DNA of 62,508 nucleotides, filler included, from Stramenopiles sp. TOSAG23-3 (Eukaryota), in the NCBI GenBank assembly GCA_900128585.1. It is 6 parts of 6 records of this genome, joined end to end, with 100 filler letters (N's around TTAATTAATTAA, not from the genome) between each part and the next. Parts side by side here need not be neighbours in the genome. Positions count along the whole stretch, not along the records: positions 26,962 to 53,764 come from LT642267.1; 5 more parts are not named here. One strand, 5' to 3'. The translations under genes were made by a program, and so were the position numbers. Positions 30,582-42,100 of this stretch are shown here, piece after piece. How positions within the stretch are numbered: the stretch's first letter is position 1; each line of letters begins with the position of its first letter. The notes beneath the pieces were generated by a model that made no database searches, was not told the DNA's origin, and was given only the letters and a program-made list of their open reading frames with translations.

Positions 30582-33500
30582 TCATCTCCTTGCTGCATTG
30601 GGGGGGGGGCTGCTTAAATCAACTTGCTGCATTGGCCTCGCTGGTGTCGAACCTGCCGCTGCTTTTTCCAGTAAATCTACCATTTCCAAAAAATCTGGAG
30701 ATGGATTGTTCATTGACATCATTTTAGACATCGCCACGTCCAGGGGGGATATTTTTGCGCATTCTAGTGAGCCGACCGCGGCACTTGCATGAAGTGCCGT
30801 CTTTCCTTCCGCGTCAGCTGAGTTTGGGTTGACCTTGCCGAGTATCTTTTTGACGGTCCCGACATCTCCCTGAAGGCAAGCCCTGCACAGTCCATCGGCG
30901 TCTTCTGAAAAAAGCATGTTTGACGCAGCCGGGGGGGCAACCGCGCTCGCCTGAGTCGGCGGTGGGGGGCCACTTTTGCTCGACAGAGGGCCCATGGGAG
31001 GGACGGGTCCACCGCGGGCGGTGGGGGGTCCAGCCACTTTCGGGGCTGTTTCCGTGGGTGTTTCCTTCTCCGCCTGCTTATCCTTTGTTTTTTCTGGGGC
31101 CTGCCGAACCATAAGGTCCGGTCGACCTTGGCCCAAGATTATTGGCTTTTTCTTTTCCCCGCTTCCTGGGAATTTCTTCTTCGCCAATTCAATGCAAAAC
31201 TTGAGCGGCTTAATCCACTTTTTGTGCTTTCTCCAGTCTTTTCCGCCCGCCAGTTTTACTTGACACCCAAGTGCGGCTTTAAAGTCGTGCTTGTCCAATG
31301 CAAACCCCAGCTGGGAAAGCAAATCTTTCGATTTTTTGGTAATATTTTTATGGCTATCGTCTCCTACATACTGCTTTCGCAAAGTGTCCATACCTTTTTT
31401 TACTTCGCGAAGTTGTCGACTTTCTGTCCCCGATTTCACCCCAATCTTTTCGATTTTAGCAATAACAGCTTCCAGAGAGAGTAAAATATCTCTAGGCTCC
31501 TTGATTGTTGAATCAATTTCTGGTTTGAACGCCTCCTCGCTTTGCGCGGGTTGGTCAGCATTCGCTTCCGCTGCGCGATTTGTATTTGTAGGCAAAGAGG
31601 AATTTGGCGCCACCGGCGTTGCAGAAATGGGCTTGGTAGAGGGCTCGTTCGTGCTTTTGCTGGGAGCCGCAACAGGAGAGTTTGCCGCGCCTAAAACGGG
31701 CGAACCGGTGCTTAGTCCCCCAGGGCTACTGCCTTCGGGCGGGGCGCTTGCATCGCTCGCCAACGCCGGTGCCCCAGCGCCATCCGCTGCAAACGGGGGC
31801 GGCCCGTCTGCTGCCGTCATGTTGGGACTACTCTGCGAGGAAGGCTCCATGTTTGGCAGATTGAAGTTGGGTTCCGGGTCTGCTTTTTCGCCTTCGCCGG
31901 TGACCTCTGTGGCCTCTGTTCTCTCGACCTCTTGCGTTTCCTCGGTCGATGGCTGCACCGACCCATCCATTTCCGGCCCCGCGCTGGCGCGCATGGATTT
32001 TATTTCTGCCAAGTAGTCGGCTGGTAATGGCACAAAGTCGTGGGCAGGAGGATCCCAAACACTGGAGCCATCGCTGCGATTAACATAGTACAGGTTGCCA
32101 CTTGATGGATCGAACTGCTGTATCCAGGGGGTCTCCTCCGGCTGCGAGTCTTGGGTCGTGGCGCCACTGATGGGGTCATCAAGCCGTTCGCTCGCTGCGC
32201 CGTCGGGGGAACTAAGATCTTCCGCTCGAAGCCCGCCAGCCATTTCTGGCCCTGCAGACTGAGCCGCGGCTGAAGAGGGCTTCTCCGGACTGGGGTCCGC
32301 GGCATCCACTCGCTTCACCTCGCCTTCTGGCTTCGCGCTAAAACTAGATGCAGATGGGCTGTACTTTGCTCTCAATTCTCTGGACGTCATGTCAACAGTC
32401 CCTAGACTGTCTTCGAGCCCCCCTGGTAATGTGATGCCTTCGTCAAATGCAATCGTGTTTGGTGTTTTGAACCCATTGAGTCCGTTGCTGGCCATGCTTT
32501 CATTCAGCAGCTCCTCGTCCGTGAACATGGTGTCTGCTAAAATAGCATCCACTTCACGCATATCCTCGGCAAAGCTTTCCGCCAAATCTTTTTTCCAAGA
32601 CCTGTCTAGGTTTTGAGAGATGGCGGAGGTCCTCGCTGGGGAGGACTTCGCCGGGGAATGACCCCCTTCTGACGCGCTATCTTGCTGTGCCGCCATCATA
32701 GACCGAAACTCGCGCTCTAACTCTCGTTCAAACTCTTCCCTGTACGTCGCTTCGTTGTTGTCGCGATCTGTTATTTCCGACTTCAACTGTGCAACTTCGG
32801 CTTTCAGCGCATTTACTTTGGATCGTAAGCGGCCGGTCTGATCCTCGTTTGCGGCTTGTTTCCGGGCCGCGCTTAACTCGTCGCGCAGCCCTCTTATTTC
32901 TACTTCCAAATCTTTGATTTCTGTCGCGTGGCGTGCTTTCAGTTTCGCGCGGTACTCTTCCGCTTGGGACTTCATCATTTTGACCAGCTCGTCTCTCTGC
33001 TCCTCAAATCCCGCGGTGAGTTCAGTTTGAATGCTTTTCCTTATGGTGTCTTCCTGCGCCTTCAACGCCTCGTCGAGTTTGAGGGCCGCGCTTGCTTTCT
33101 GTTTCGCAAGCATCTCTTTTGCTTGATTTTCCAACTCAACTTTCTGTTTGTTCTTGTCCGCCTCCATGGCCACTCTCTGCCGTTCTGCCTCCTGTGACGC
33201 TTCCACAAAACGAGCCTCGTAGCGCTCTTGCTGACCCTTCAATTTCTGTTCCATAAGCTCTGAAAATGAGGTTTCCTGTGACTTCTCTAACTTGTCCCTT
33301 TCCTCGCCAACTTGCTGACGCACTTGCGTCCTTACCTCCTCTATTTTCGCTTCAAATGCGCCCTTTTCCTCTTGCATGTACTTCTCCACGGCGCGAATCC
33401 TGCTGTCAGCGTCGTCATTTTGTGCCTTCAGTTTCGTTTCCATGTCCCTGGCCTGTTCCGACAATTTCGCTTCCGTCTCCACCCGATAGTTCTCCAGCTC

Positions 33501-36321
33501 TTTTTCCGCTTGCACAGCACGGTGTTCCACTTGGTCTAACTCGGCTCGCAAAGCCTCCAACTCCGCTTTTTGAAGCTCTTCGGCTGCAGAAGTAGCTGCC
33601 GGTTCTGGGTTGGCAAAGCTATCGGTGTCTCGCAATATTTCCATGGTTGTTCTCCGTGATATTTTTGGAGTTTTAGACTGTATAGTGCGCTCTCCCGTCG
33701 AATCTGGGACTACTGCGTCGTTGCTCTGCTTTGGCTGCGTGCCAGCGTAGTCTTCTCGCAGTACCTCAATCGTGTCTCTCCGACTCACATGCTGCACTCG
33801 GTTGTCGCCGTCTGAAATGCCTATGGCTCGTGGGGCCTCTTCCACAGATTTTTTTACCCTGTCGTTTTCATCACGCTGTAGTATTTCCATGGTAGATTGT
33901 CTGTTCATTTCTGGGAGAGCACCCTCGTCCCCAGAAATGTCCCTTTCGTGACCCACCTGTCCTTCAGGTGGAGACCCTATCGTGGACAATGAGACCTCTT
34001 GCGGTGCAATTGTATTGCCGATAGCCGCACCAGAGATTTCCCCGTACGACCGCGACGACTGCGCAAACGGATCAACTGGCTCGTCTGTCTGGCAAAACGG
34101 TGCGTTGGTTTTCTCCTCCGCCGTTGACGACCCCAGTTGTCCCGCTTGCGCTTGGTGCAGTTGATGTTGTGCGGGGCCGGTGGCGAACGGGTCGTTCCGT
34201 CCAGGCAGTTCGTGTTGCTGCGGTGGCCCAGCGGCAACCGGATCTGGGCGTCCAGCTTGTTCCTCTTGCTGTCGAGGCCCTGCTGCAAACGGGCCCGAGC
34301 GTCCTGACGGTTCTTCTTGTTGCGGTGGTCCGGACACAAATGGGTCGTTCCGGCCGGCTTGGCCTTGTTGTTGTGGTGGCCCAGCCGCAAACGGGTCCGG
34401 GCGTCCAGCCTGCTCTTTTCCTTGTTGCTGTGGTAGGCCTGCTGCAAAAGGGTCCGGTCGTCCTGCCTGCTCTTCTTGATGCGGTGGTCCGGATGCAAAC
34501 GGGTCGTAGCGCACACCTTGTTGTTGCTCCTGGGGAGGCCCAGAGGCAAACGGGTCCGGGCGTCCAGGCTGCTGGGCTTGCTGCTGCTGTTGTTCCTGAG
34601 GTGGTCCAGAGGCAAACGGATCGCGTCGACCAGGGTGTTGCACCACCTCCTGCTGTTCCTGGGGAGGCCCAGAAGCAAATGGATCGTAACGCCCAGCTTG
34701 TTGTTGCTCCTGGGGAGGCCTAGATGCAAACGGGTCGCGTTGACCAGGCTGTTGCGCCTGCTGTTGTTCCTGGGGAGGTCCAGAGGCAAACGGGTCGCGT
34801 TGCCCAGGTTGCTGCACTTGCTGCTGTTCCTGGGGAGGCCCGGGGCCAAACGGATCGCGTCGACCAGGCTGTTGCACCTGCTGTTGTTCCTGGGGTGGTC
34901 CAGATGCAAACGGGTCGTAGCGCCCACCTTGTTGCTGNNNNNNNNNNNNNNNNNNNNNNNNNNNNNNNNNNNNNNNNNNNNNNNNNNNNNNNNNNNNNNN
35001 NNNNNNNNNNNNNNNNNNNNNNNNNNNNNNNNNNNNNNNNNNNNNNNNNNNNNNNNNNNNNNNNNNNNNNNNNNNNNNNNNNNNNNNNNNGGGGAGGCCC
35101 GGGGGCAAACGGGTCGTGTCGACCAGGCTGTTGCACCTGCTGTTGTTCCTGGGGTGGTCCAGATGCAAATGGATCGTAACGCCCACCTTGCTGTTGCTCC
35201 TGCGGTGGTCCAGATACAAACGGGTCGTAGCGCCCACCTTGTTGCTGCTCCTGGGGAGGCCCAGATGCAAACGGGTCACGTTGTCCAGGCTGCTGCACCT
35301 GCTGTTGTTCCTGCGGAGGCCCAGAGGCAAACGGGTCACGTCGACCAGGTCGTTGTTCCCGGGGTGGCCCAGAAGCAAATGGATCGTAACGCCCACCTTG
35401 CTGTTGCTCCTGCGGTGGCCCTGACGCAAAGGGGTCATTTCGACTGGTCTGCTGCTGCTGGGGAGGCCCGGAGGCAAATGGGTCGTTACGACTAGGCCGT
35501 TGCTGCTGTTGGGGTGGCCCGGGCGGAAATGCTGGCTGCTGTTGTTGTGTAGGCGGCGGCCCAGAGTCAAAGGGGTCGTGACGTCCACCCTGGTGTTGCT
35601 CCTGCGGTGGCCCAGCGGCGAAGGGGTCGTTTCGTCCAGGCTGTTGCTGGGGAGGCCCAGAGGTAAATGGGTCGTTTCGTCCAGGCTGGTGCTGTTGTTG
35701 CGGTGGTCCAGAGGCGAACGGGTCATGTCGACTACCTTGCTGCTGCTGCTGCTGCTGGGGTGGCCCAGAGGCAAATGGATCGGGTCGGGCAGGCTGTTGC
35801 TGCTGCTGGGGAGGCCCAGAGGCAAATGGGTCGGGTCGGGCAGGCTGTTGCTGCTGCTGGGGAGGCCCAGAGGCAAATGGGTCGTGGCGACCACCTTGCT
35901 GTTGTTGCGGTGGCCCAGAGGCAAATGGGCCGTTCCGGCCAAATTGCTGTCCCTGTGATAGTGCCCCGGTGTGGTCTTGTGGCTGTTGCTGTTGCTGCTG
36001 TGGTGGTGGTGGGCCTGAAGCGTACGGCTGGGTCTGCCCATAGTGCTGCTGCTGTTGCTGTTGCTGCCCGTAACCCTGGTGCTGTTGAGACGACGCGAAC
36101 GGATCGCTACCATTCTGGTGTTGTTGTTGTTGCTGATGATGATGATGATACTGTTGGGACCCATGTCCATACGCTTCTTGATGGCCTTGTGGTGGCCCGT
36201 AAGAATCCCGACCACCACCAGTTTGTTGGTATTGCGGTGGTCCAGACGCAAAAGGGTCGCCCCCTCCCCCTCCTCCACTAGTAGGAGGTGCTCCAAGCCT
36301 ATTAAAATCAAAAGCTTGCAT
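30582..36321 (-). CDS. Very large DPF-repeat / coiled-coil / WW / Sec31-SRA1-like / ankyrin protein spanning an assembly gap
   Basis: The true N-terminus is the frame of ORF 34720..36321 (MQAFDFNRLGAPP...DPFASGPP). After the N gap at 34938-35090 the same repeat continues in the frame of ORF 30582..36311. WW motif WIQQFDPSSGNLYYVNRSDGSSVWDPP at ~32044-32130; ankyrin motif DAEGKTALHASA near the C-terminus. Confidence 0.85.
34170..36260 (-). repeat. Coding tandem repeat encoding (GRxDPFASGPPQxQQQ)n
   Basis: About 30 degenerate units of ~48-66 nt. The collapsed assembly gap lies inside the array. Confidence 0.92.
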
Positions 36322-36589
36322 TATTTCCTATATACGTACACAAACACAAACTATATCTCACTCACTCAATCACTCTCTCTCTCTCTCTCTCTTTCTTCCC
36401 GTCTTCAATTTATACAAATCTCGATTCAATGTGTGCTACTTCTTTACACCACATCATCACAGAAATATTTTAAATGGTATAATAAAGAAGAGAAGAAGAT
36501 ACACACACATAACTTATTATTATTATTATTAATTATAAAAAAAAATATTTTTTATTATTATTATTATTTTTTTTTTTTTCGAGAAAAAA

Positions 36590-37260
36590 AAGAAGAAGAA
36601 GAAAGAAAGAAAGAAGAAGAAGAAGAAGAAGAAGAAAGAAGAAGAAAGAAAGAAGAAGAAGAAGAAGAAGAAGAAGAGAAGAAGAAAGAAAGAAGAAGAA
36701 GAAGAAAGAAGAAGAAAGAAGAAGAAGAAAGAAGAAGAAGACATGAGGCGTGCGGGCGGTGGTGACATCATCTTCTTCTTCTTCTTCTTCTTCTTGGCGA
36801 TCATCTGTGCCATCGTTTCTTCTTCTTTTTTTAGCTGGAGAGCTGGAAAAAGAAAAGAAGCCACATCAATTAAGGATATATATATATGGGCTAATATATA
36901 TAATATCTATACTGTGTATATATAAATAGGTATATTTTATATCATTTTTTAATTCTATTTGTATATAATTAATATTGAGAAATGATTTAATATAAATCCT
37001 TATATCTACAATTACTTTATTATAACAAAAGGTCTTACTTCATTATCTCTATAAATAAATGTCCTTAATTGTAGATTATCTTGTCTCATCAGCCCTATTT
37101 TCTTCTTCTCAGATCATCATCATCTCAGGATTTGTTTTTCTTCTTCTTTCTTCTTTTTCTTCTTCTTCTTTCTTTCTTTCTTTCTTTCTTTCTTCTTCTT
37201 TCTTCTTCTTTCTTCTTGTTCTTTCTTCTTTCTTCTTCTTTCTTCTTCTTTCTTCTTGTT
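36590..37260. repeat. (GAA/GAAA)n tract (~36590-36740) and (TTC/TTTC)n tract (~37135-37260) in a divergent intergenic region
   Basis: Directly visible simple repeats. Confidence 0.9.
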
Positions 37261-37866
37261 CAGTTTTTTATTAGATTATTTGTGTCCTTTTGGAAAGAAA
37301 GAAAATACTTTTTATCACTTCGCGAAGATTGATTATAATTATATCAAGTACATAAACATAGAAGGGAAACTAATCAAAATCATCAATTCCAAACTCAGTA
37401 ACAAACATTTGTTTTGTCGCCTGATAATTAACCAGAAAAAGAATTGTAGTTTTTAATAAATAAGTATCCATTTTTATATACTTTAACAAAATAACATCCT
37501 ATTTAAATACTTGAATTCAGTAGTAGGAACGGACGGACGGACGGCCAATGCTGTCTTGTCCTTCTTTCTTCCTTTCTTCTTTCGTTCTTCTTCCTTTCTT
37601 CTTTCTTTCGTCGTTCTTCTTCTTTCTATCTTTCTTTCTTTTCTAATAATTATTATTATTCAAAAAAAAATTATTATTATAAATATAATAAAATAATATG
37701 TAATATTTTAAAATTATAATATCCCCATTATTACAAGACATAAAGTAGAACGGTACAATCCAGAGAGTTGGAAACAAAACAAGGTAAACATAGTTTCATG
37801 TTAATCTTGTATCTGTCTGTTTCGTTTTGTCTGTCTGTTTGTGCACGCTAGAAATTCAGAACCAAC

Positions 37867-38799
37867 ATGTATACGAAACGTGCCAGCAAAGCAAACGCGC
37901 ACACGGATGCCATTTACAGCGTTCAATGGACATCCTCGGGGGATATTGTCACGGGCTCACTAGACGAGACGGTGTGTGTATGGTCGCACACGCACACCAC
38001 TGGGACCGACGAGAGCGGTGGGCACGGAAAGGACTCGTTTGTGCAGAAGAAGGTTTATGAAGGCCACGACCTTGGGGTCATTTCGGCCGTAGTCCGCCAA
38101 GACGGGAAACAGATGGCGGTCAGTAGTTTGGACTGCCAGATTCGGCTGTACGACGCAGAGAGTGGCACGCTGGAGAACGCCATAGACGCTGGCCCGGTAG
38201 AATCGTGGAGTTTGGCGTACCATCCGACCAACCCGGTGTTGGCAACGGGGGGGCAAGACGGTAACGTCACCCTCTGGGACTCCCAGAAGGCGGAAAAGAT
38301 GAGTACCCTGAACCTTCCCAACGGAAACTTTATTCTTAGTGTTGACTACGCCAAGGACGGGAAAACCGTGGCGGCGGGGTCCCACGCCGGGGCAGTTGGT
38401 GTTTTCGACACCGAGGCGTCCAAGTTGGCGTACTCGTTTGACGACTTAAAAATGCCAGTCCGAAGCGTGGGGTATTCCAAGGACGGGAACTTGCTGTTCG
38501 CCGCGTGCGACGATACCCATGTCAATATGTACGATTGTAGACAACAGAAAAAGATTTCGTCCCTGACCAGCCATTCTGGCTGGGTCCTAGGGCTTGACGT
38601 CAGCCCCGACGGGAAACATTTTGCCACGGGGTCGTCCGATAACACCGTAAACGTTTGGGATATAGGCCTCCGCAAATGCTTGCACACGTTTGACTCCCGC
38701 TCGGAGCAAGTGTGGGACGTGGCATACAATAGCGATGGTAGGAAATTAGTCAGTGTTGGGGATGATGCCGGGTTGTTTATGTATGAACTCGGGCATTAG
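37867..38799 (+). CDS. WDR61: WD40 protein WDR61/Ski8 (SKI and PAF1 complexes)
   Basis: AHTDAIYSVQW, IVTGSLDETV, EGHDLGVISA, SSLDCQIRLYD, IDAGPVESWSLAY, MPVRSV, HSGWVLGL, QVWDVAYN; 310 aa. Confidence 0.92.
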   Translation: MYTKRASKANAHTDAIYSVQWTSSGDIVTGSLDETVCVWSHTHTTGTDESGGHGKDSFVQKKVYEGHDLGVISAVVRQDGKQMAVSSLDCQIRLYDAESGTLENAIDAGPVESWSLAYHPTNPVLATGGQDGNVTLWDSQKAEKMSTLNLPNGNFILSVDYAKDGKTVAAGSHAGAVGVFDTEASKLAYSFDDLKMPVRSVGYSKDGNLLFAACDDTHVNMYDCRQQKKISSLTSHSGWVLGLDVSPDGKHFATGSSDNTVNVWDIGLRKCLHTFDSRSEQVWDVAYNSDGRKLVSVGDDAGLFMYELGH

Positions 38800-39101
38800 G
38801 TGTCCTGACACGGGAGTTTTACATTTTTTTTAGAGAAGGGGGTGAAAGAGAGACCACCGAAAACAGAGGAGTCAGGAGTGAGAGGGGGGGCGAGTCATTC
38901 GTGTTCTTTAGATATATTTTAATTTAACTCTTGCTTTTTTAAAACTATTTTTTCTTTGCTAAAATATTCTAACCATATTTATATATATGTACAGTGCTTT
39001 CAGCGGACCGCGTTTGTAAAATTTAATGTTTACTCCCCTGTATTCGCGACGACCAGCGCGGGGGTGAGTACAAATCACGCTTGTATTTTTAAGTTATCTG
39101 T

Positions 39102-42100
39102 TTACACGACAACGTCGCCTAGAAGTGCCTCCTCTAACGACACTGCGCGAGCTCGTTTCAAGGTCGATCGAACAGGGGACGTGGCGGGGGAAATTTCCGA
39201 TCCACTTCGTTTGCGCTTCTTCGAATTCCCACTTCCTTTGTCATTGTTTTCGACGTCGAACACGACCTTGGACAACGCGCCGATCATTGAAGTTATTTTT
39301 CTGTGCTTCGCCTTCTCTGTTGGTGCAAGCTCTTTCGCGTCGCGAAACTTCGGTTTGTAGTGGTTGATGGCTTTCGACAAGGGCGTTATCTCGTGTCGAG
39401 ACAGCTTCTTAGGTTCGTATTTTTGGATTTTAGAAGCCGGTAACTGGTACACTCGCTTCAGGTGCTTCCGCAATTCAAACAAGACCATCAGACCGTACAT
39501 GCCGCTGAATATTATATCAAAGTTTCGATCATGCGTCGAGCGTTTCCGTCGCATCACCGAATTTGCCCGGTCGATTGTATTCGTCCCGTGGATGCACAGC
39601 ATGCGATCAATCGAATGGATCAGAAATAGTGGCTCTTCTTCCGAGGAGTACGGCAGTGACGCCAACGTTTCCGCGATGTACGACAGCTTTCGGGCGCTCG
39701 GGATTTCCTTGCGTCGATTTGTCATGGCTTCGCATTCGTCCTCGCTGTCGTCACCCGAGGCACCATCCTGGTACCGCGAAGGGGACAGGGACGACGAGAA
39801 AGCGGTGGGCTTGCTGCCTTTCTCGATCAAATGTAGGAGCGGGCGGAATATCCCCAAGCTTGCGTCGAGAAACTTGTGCGTAAACCTGTTCGAAGGTTGG
39901 ATGGCGGACACGTACAGTCGTGAAAATATTGACAAGAAACCCGTGTAGGAGTCGTCCAGGGCGCTCTCGTCCGTGACAGCGACCGTGCTGGAAAAATACT
40001 TCACTTTGAAATCGAAGGAAGCGCTCAGGGCGTCGATGAACTTTCCGCTCACGTGGTGAGGGGCTTTCTCAGCGATTGTCATCACCGCGCGGTACGCCAG
40101 GCGGCTCGTGGTGGTGTCGTCATCGGACACCAGTACCTCCAACGGTACAATGAACGGGAGAGGATTCATCAGGCCTTGCCGGAGCAGCGTCAGGATAAGG
40201 TTTACGCAGCTGTAACGCACATTTGCATCCGAGTCCAACAAAAGCTCACGAAACTTCGATTGGTGCACTTGGATGACGGCCGAGGCGATGCTTGATTCGG
40301 CATCCTGGTCCCCGTACACCTGGGCAGCGAAATTCGCGGTTTGTCGGTTTGATACTGCGATCCTATGGGCTTCTTCAATCTTACTTTCTTCTTCTTGCAA
40401 AATGCGGCACAGCGTGCTGAGAATGACTCGGCGGACGTCCGCATCGCTTGACGTCAACGATCGGGAGATCAATTCGTGAGGGCCCGTGCGGAGCATGTAC
40501 TTTGGTCGTCGCACGAACAAGCACCCGAGGCCAGCAATTGCGCGAGCAAGGTACTTTCCGCCCTGAGCGCACCCGTCTGACAGGTAATGCATATACATGC
40601 TCAATATCTGCTCGTTCACGTGGCCTGGCACCAGGTCGCCCCCACCGAACTCAACCGGCAGCAGGTCCGCGTAGTCCCCTACGGGCGACAACGATCGCCT
40701 CGGCGGCGTCGCAAATCCACTGCTCACAGAGCTTGGCGCAGAGACCGTGCTTGCGGATTGGGGGGAAAGCCCCATGTCAAAATCATACGCTTGGCACAAG
40801 AGACCCAACTGAAAGAGTGACCTGTGAATCGAACCTTTGATTCCGAAGGATGCGGTTTGAAGACTTGTCTCTTTTCGGTACGTCCACAGCACAGAATAAA
40901 ACGCTTGCAGCGTCTGCCCGATAAGGTGATGGTCGCAGTTTTTGTTGCATAGCAGCGCGCTCCAACATTTCGCCCCGCTGATCGAGGTCACCGTCGGGGA
41001 CCGATACATTATGTTCTGCAAATCTTCCTGAAGTGATTTCATTACCCCACGGTCGCAGTCGTTCCACGTAGGCAGCAACTTCGCTAAGATAATTGCGGTT
41101 TCCGATTTTATCCTATTGTTTGCCACCGTGTCTTGCTCGTCGTCGCCTTTTAGATATACGCAAAAGACGGGGGTGTGAGGCAGCAGCAGGGACGGGTCTG
41201 CCATTGCAAACACGCGCAAAGATGCAAAAATAGCCTGGCGTATTACCATGGCGGCCATGTCGTCCTTGAACAAGTTCCCAAACACGTTTAGATTCTCCTC
41301 TGTCAAGTGAACCAGGCCATCGACCATCGCAGCCACGGTCGCTAACAAGTGCTCCCGGATCAACGCGCGCTCTGCCGAACGGTCTTTCCCGTTGTTGTAC
41401 GTCTTGTCATTCAGCGAAGCCCTTATCATATTCACCATCCACTCCAAAGATGAAGAGGGCACGCGCGCGACAAAGTTCACTATTTCGTGAGCTGTCGTCT
41501 TTGCAAATTCGGTTCCTGCGAGGGTACCACTGATCGACTCAAGCCCGGCACTCGCAAACCACAACTCCTTAAAGATATCGGTAATGATCACTTTGACAGA
41601 GTCCAGCTCAACGATCTGGTTCATCTTCTCAGACAGTACTAGGGTTATGTCTGTGCGCCGAGGGTACTCTTTCAAGTCCAGCAAAATGCTTTTCAAAATT
41701 CGTATTGCGTGCTTTCGAACGTTGACCCCTTTGTCTCTGACACGGTTCACGATGTTGTCATGGTACGCCAGCGCATATTTCCGTCTTCGAATAACATACT
41801 TTCCTATCAAGACGACGACCGCTTCCCGAACGGCCGTGGACAGATCCGTAAACCTCGCATTGATGGTCATTTGGAATCGTTCGTCACCAATTAAATCGGG
41901 GTTAGAGTCAACGATGGTTGATATAGCCTTCATCGTCCTCGCTCGAAAACTGGAGGAATTGTCGCGAGAGCATTTCAGCATGTGGTCAAGCAGCTTCCCC
42001 ACGTTCTTGAAGAGCGGCTTTTCGCAAACAAGCTCTAGCGCGGCATGAGCATTCGCTCTTTGGGACAGCTGAGGTGTTTCCTCTCGCACAGTTGCAAGTT

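Noticed and set aside
34170-36260. Regular repeats resembling a CRISPR array
   Set aside because: The units are degenerate, keep the reading frame and encode DPF peptides. There are no unique spacers or cas genes, and the context is eukaryotic.
35091-36311. N-terminal translation of the 1909-aa ORF (MILIGLEHLLL...) and an apparent frameshift
   Set aside because: Wrong frame. The frame change falls inside the N gap, whose 153-nt length is only an estimate.
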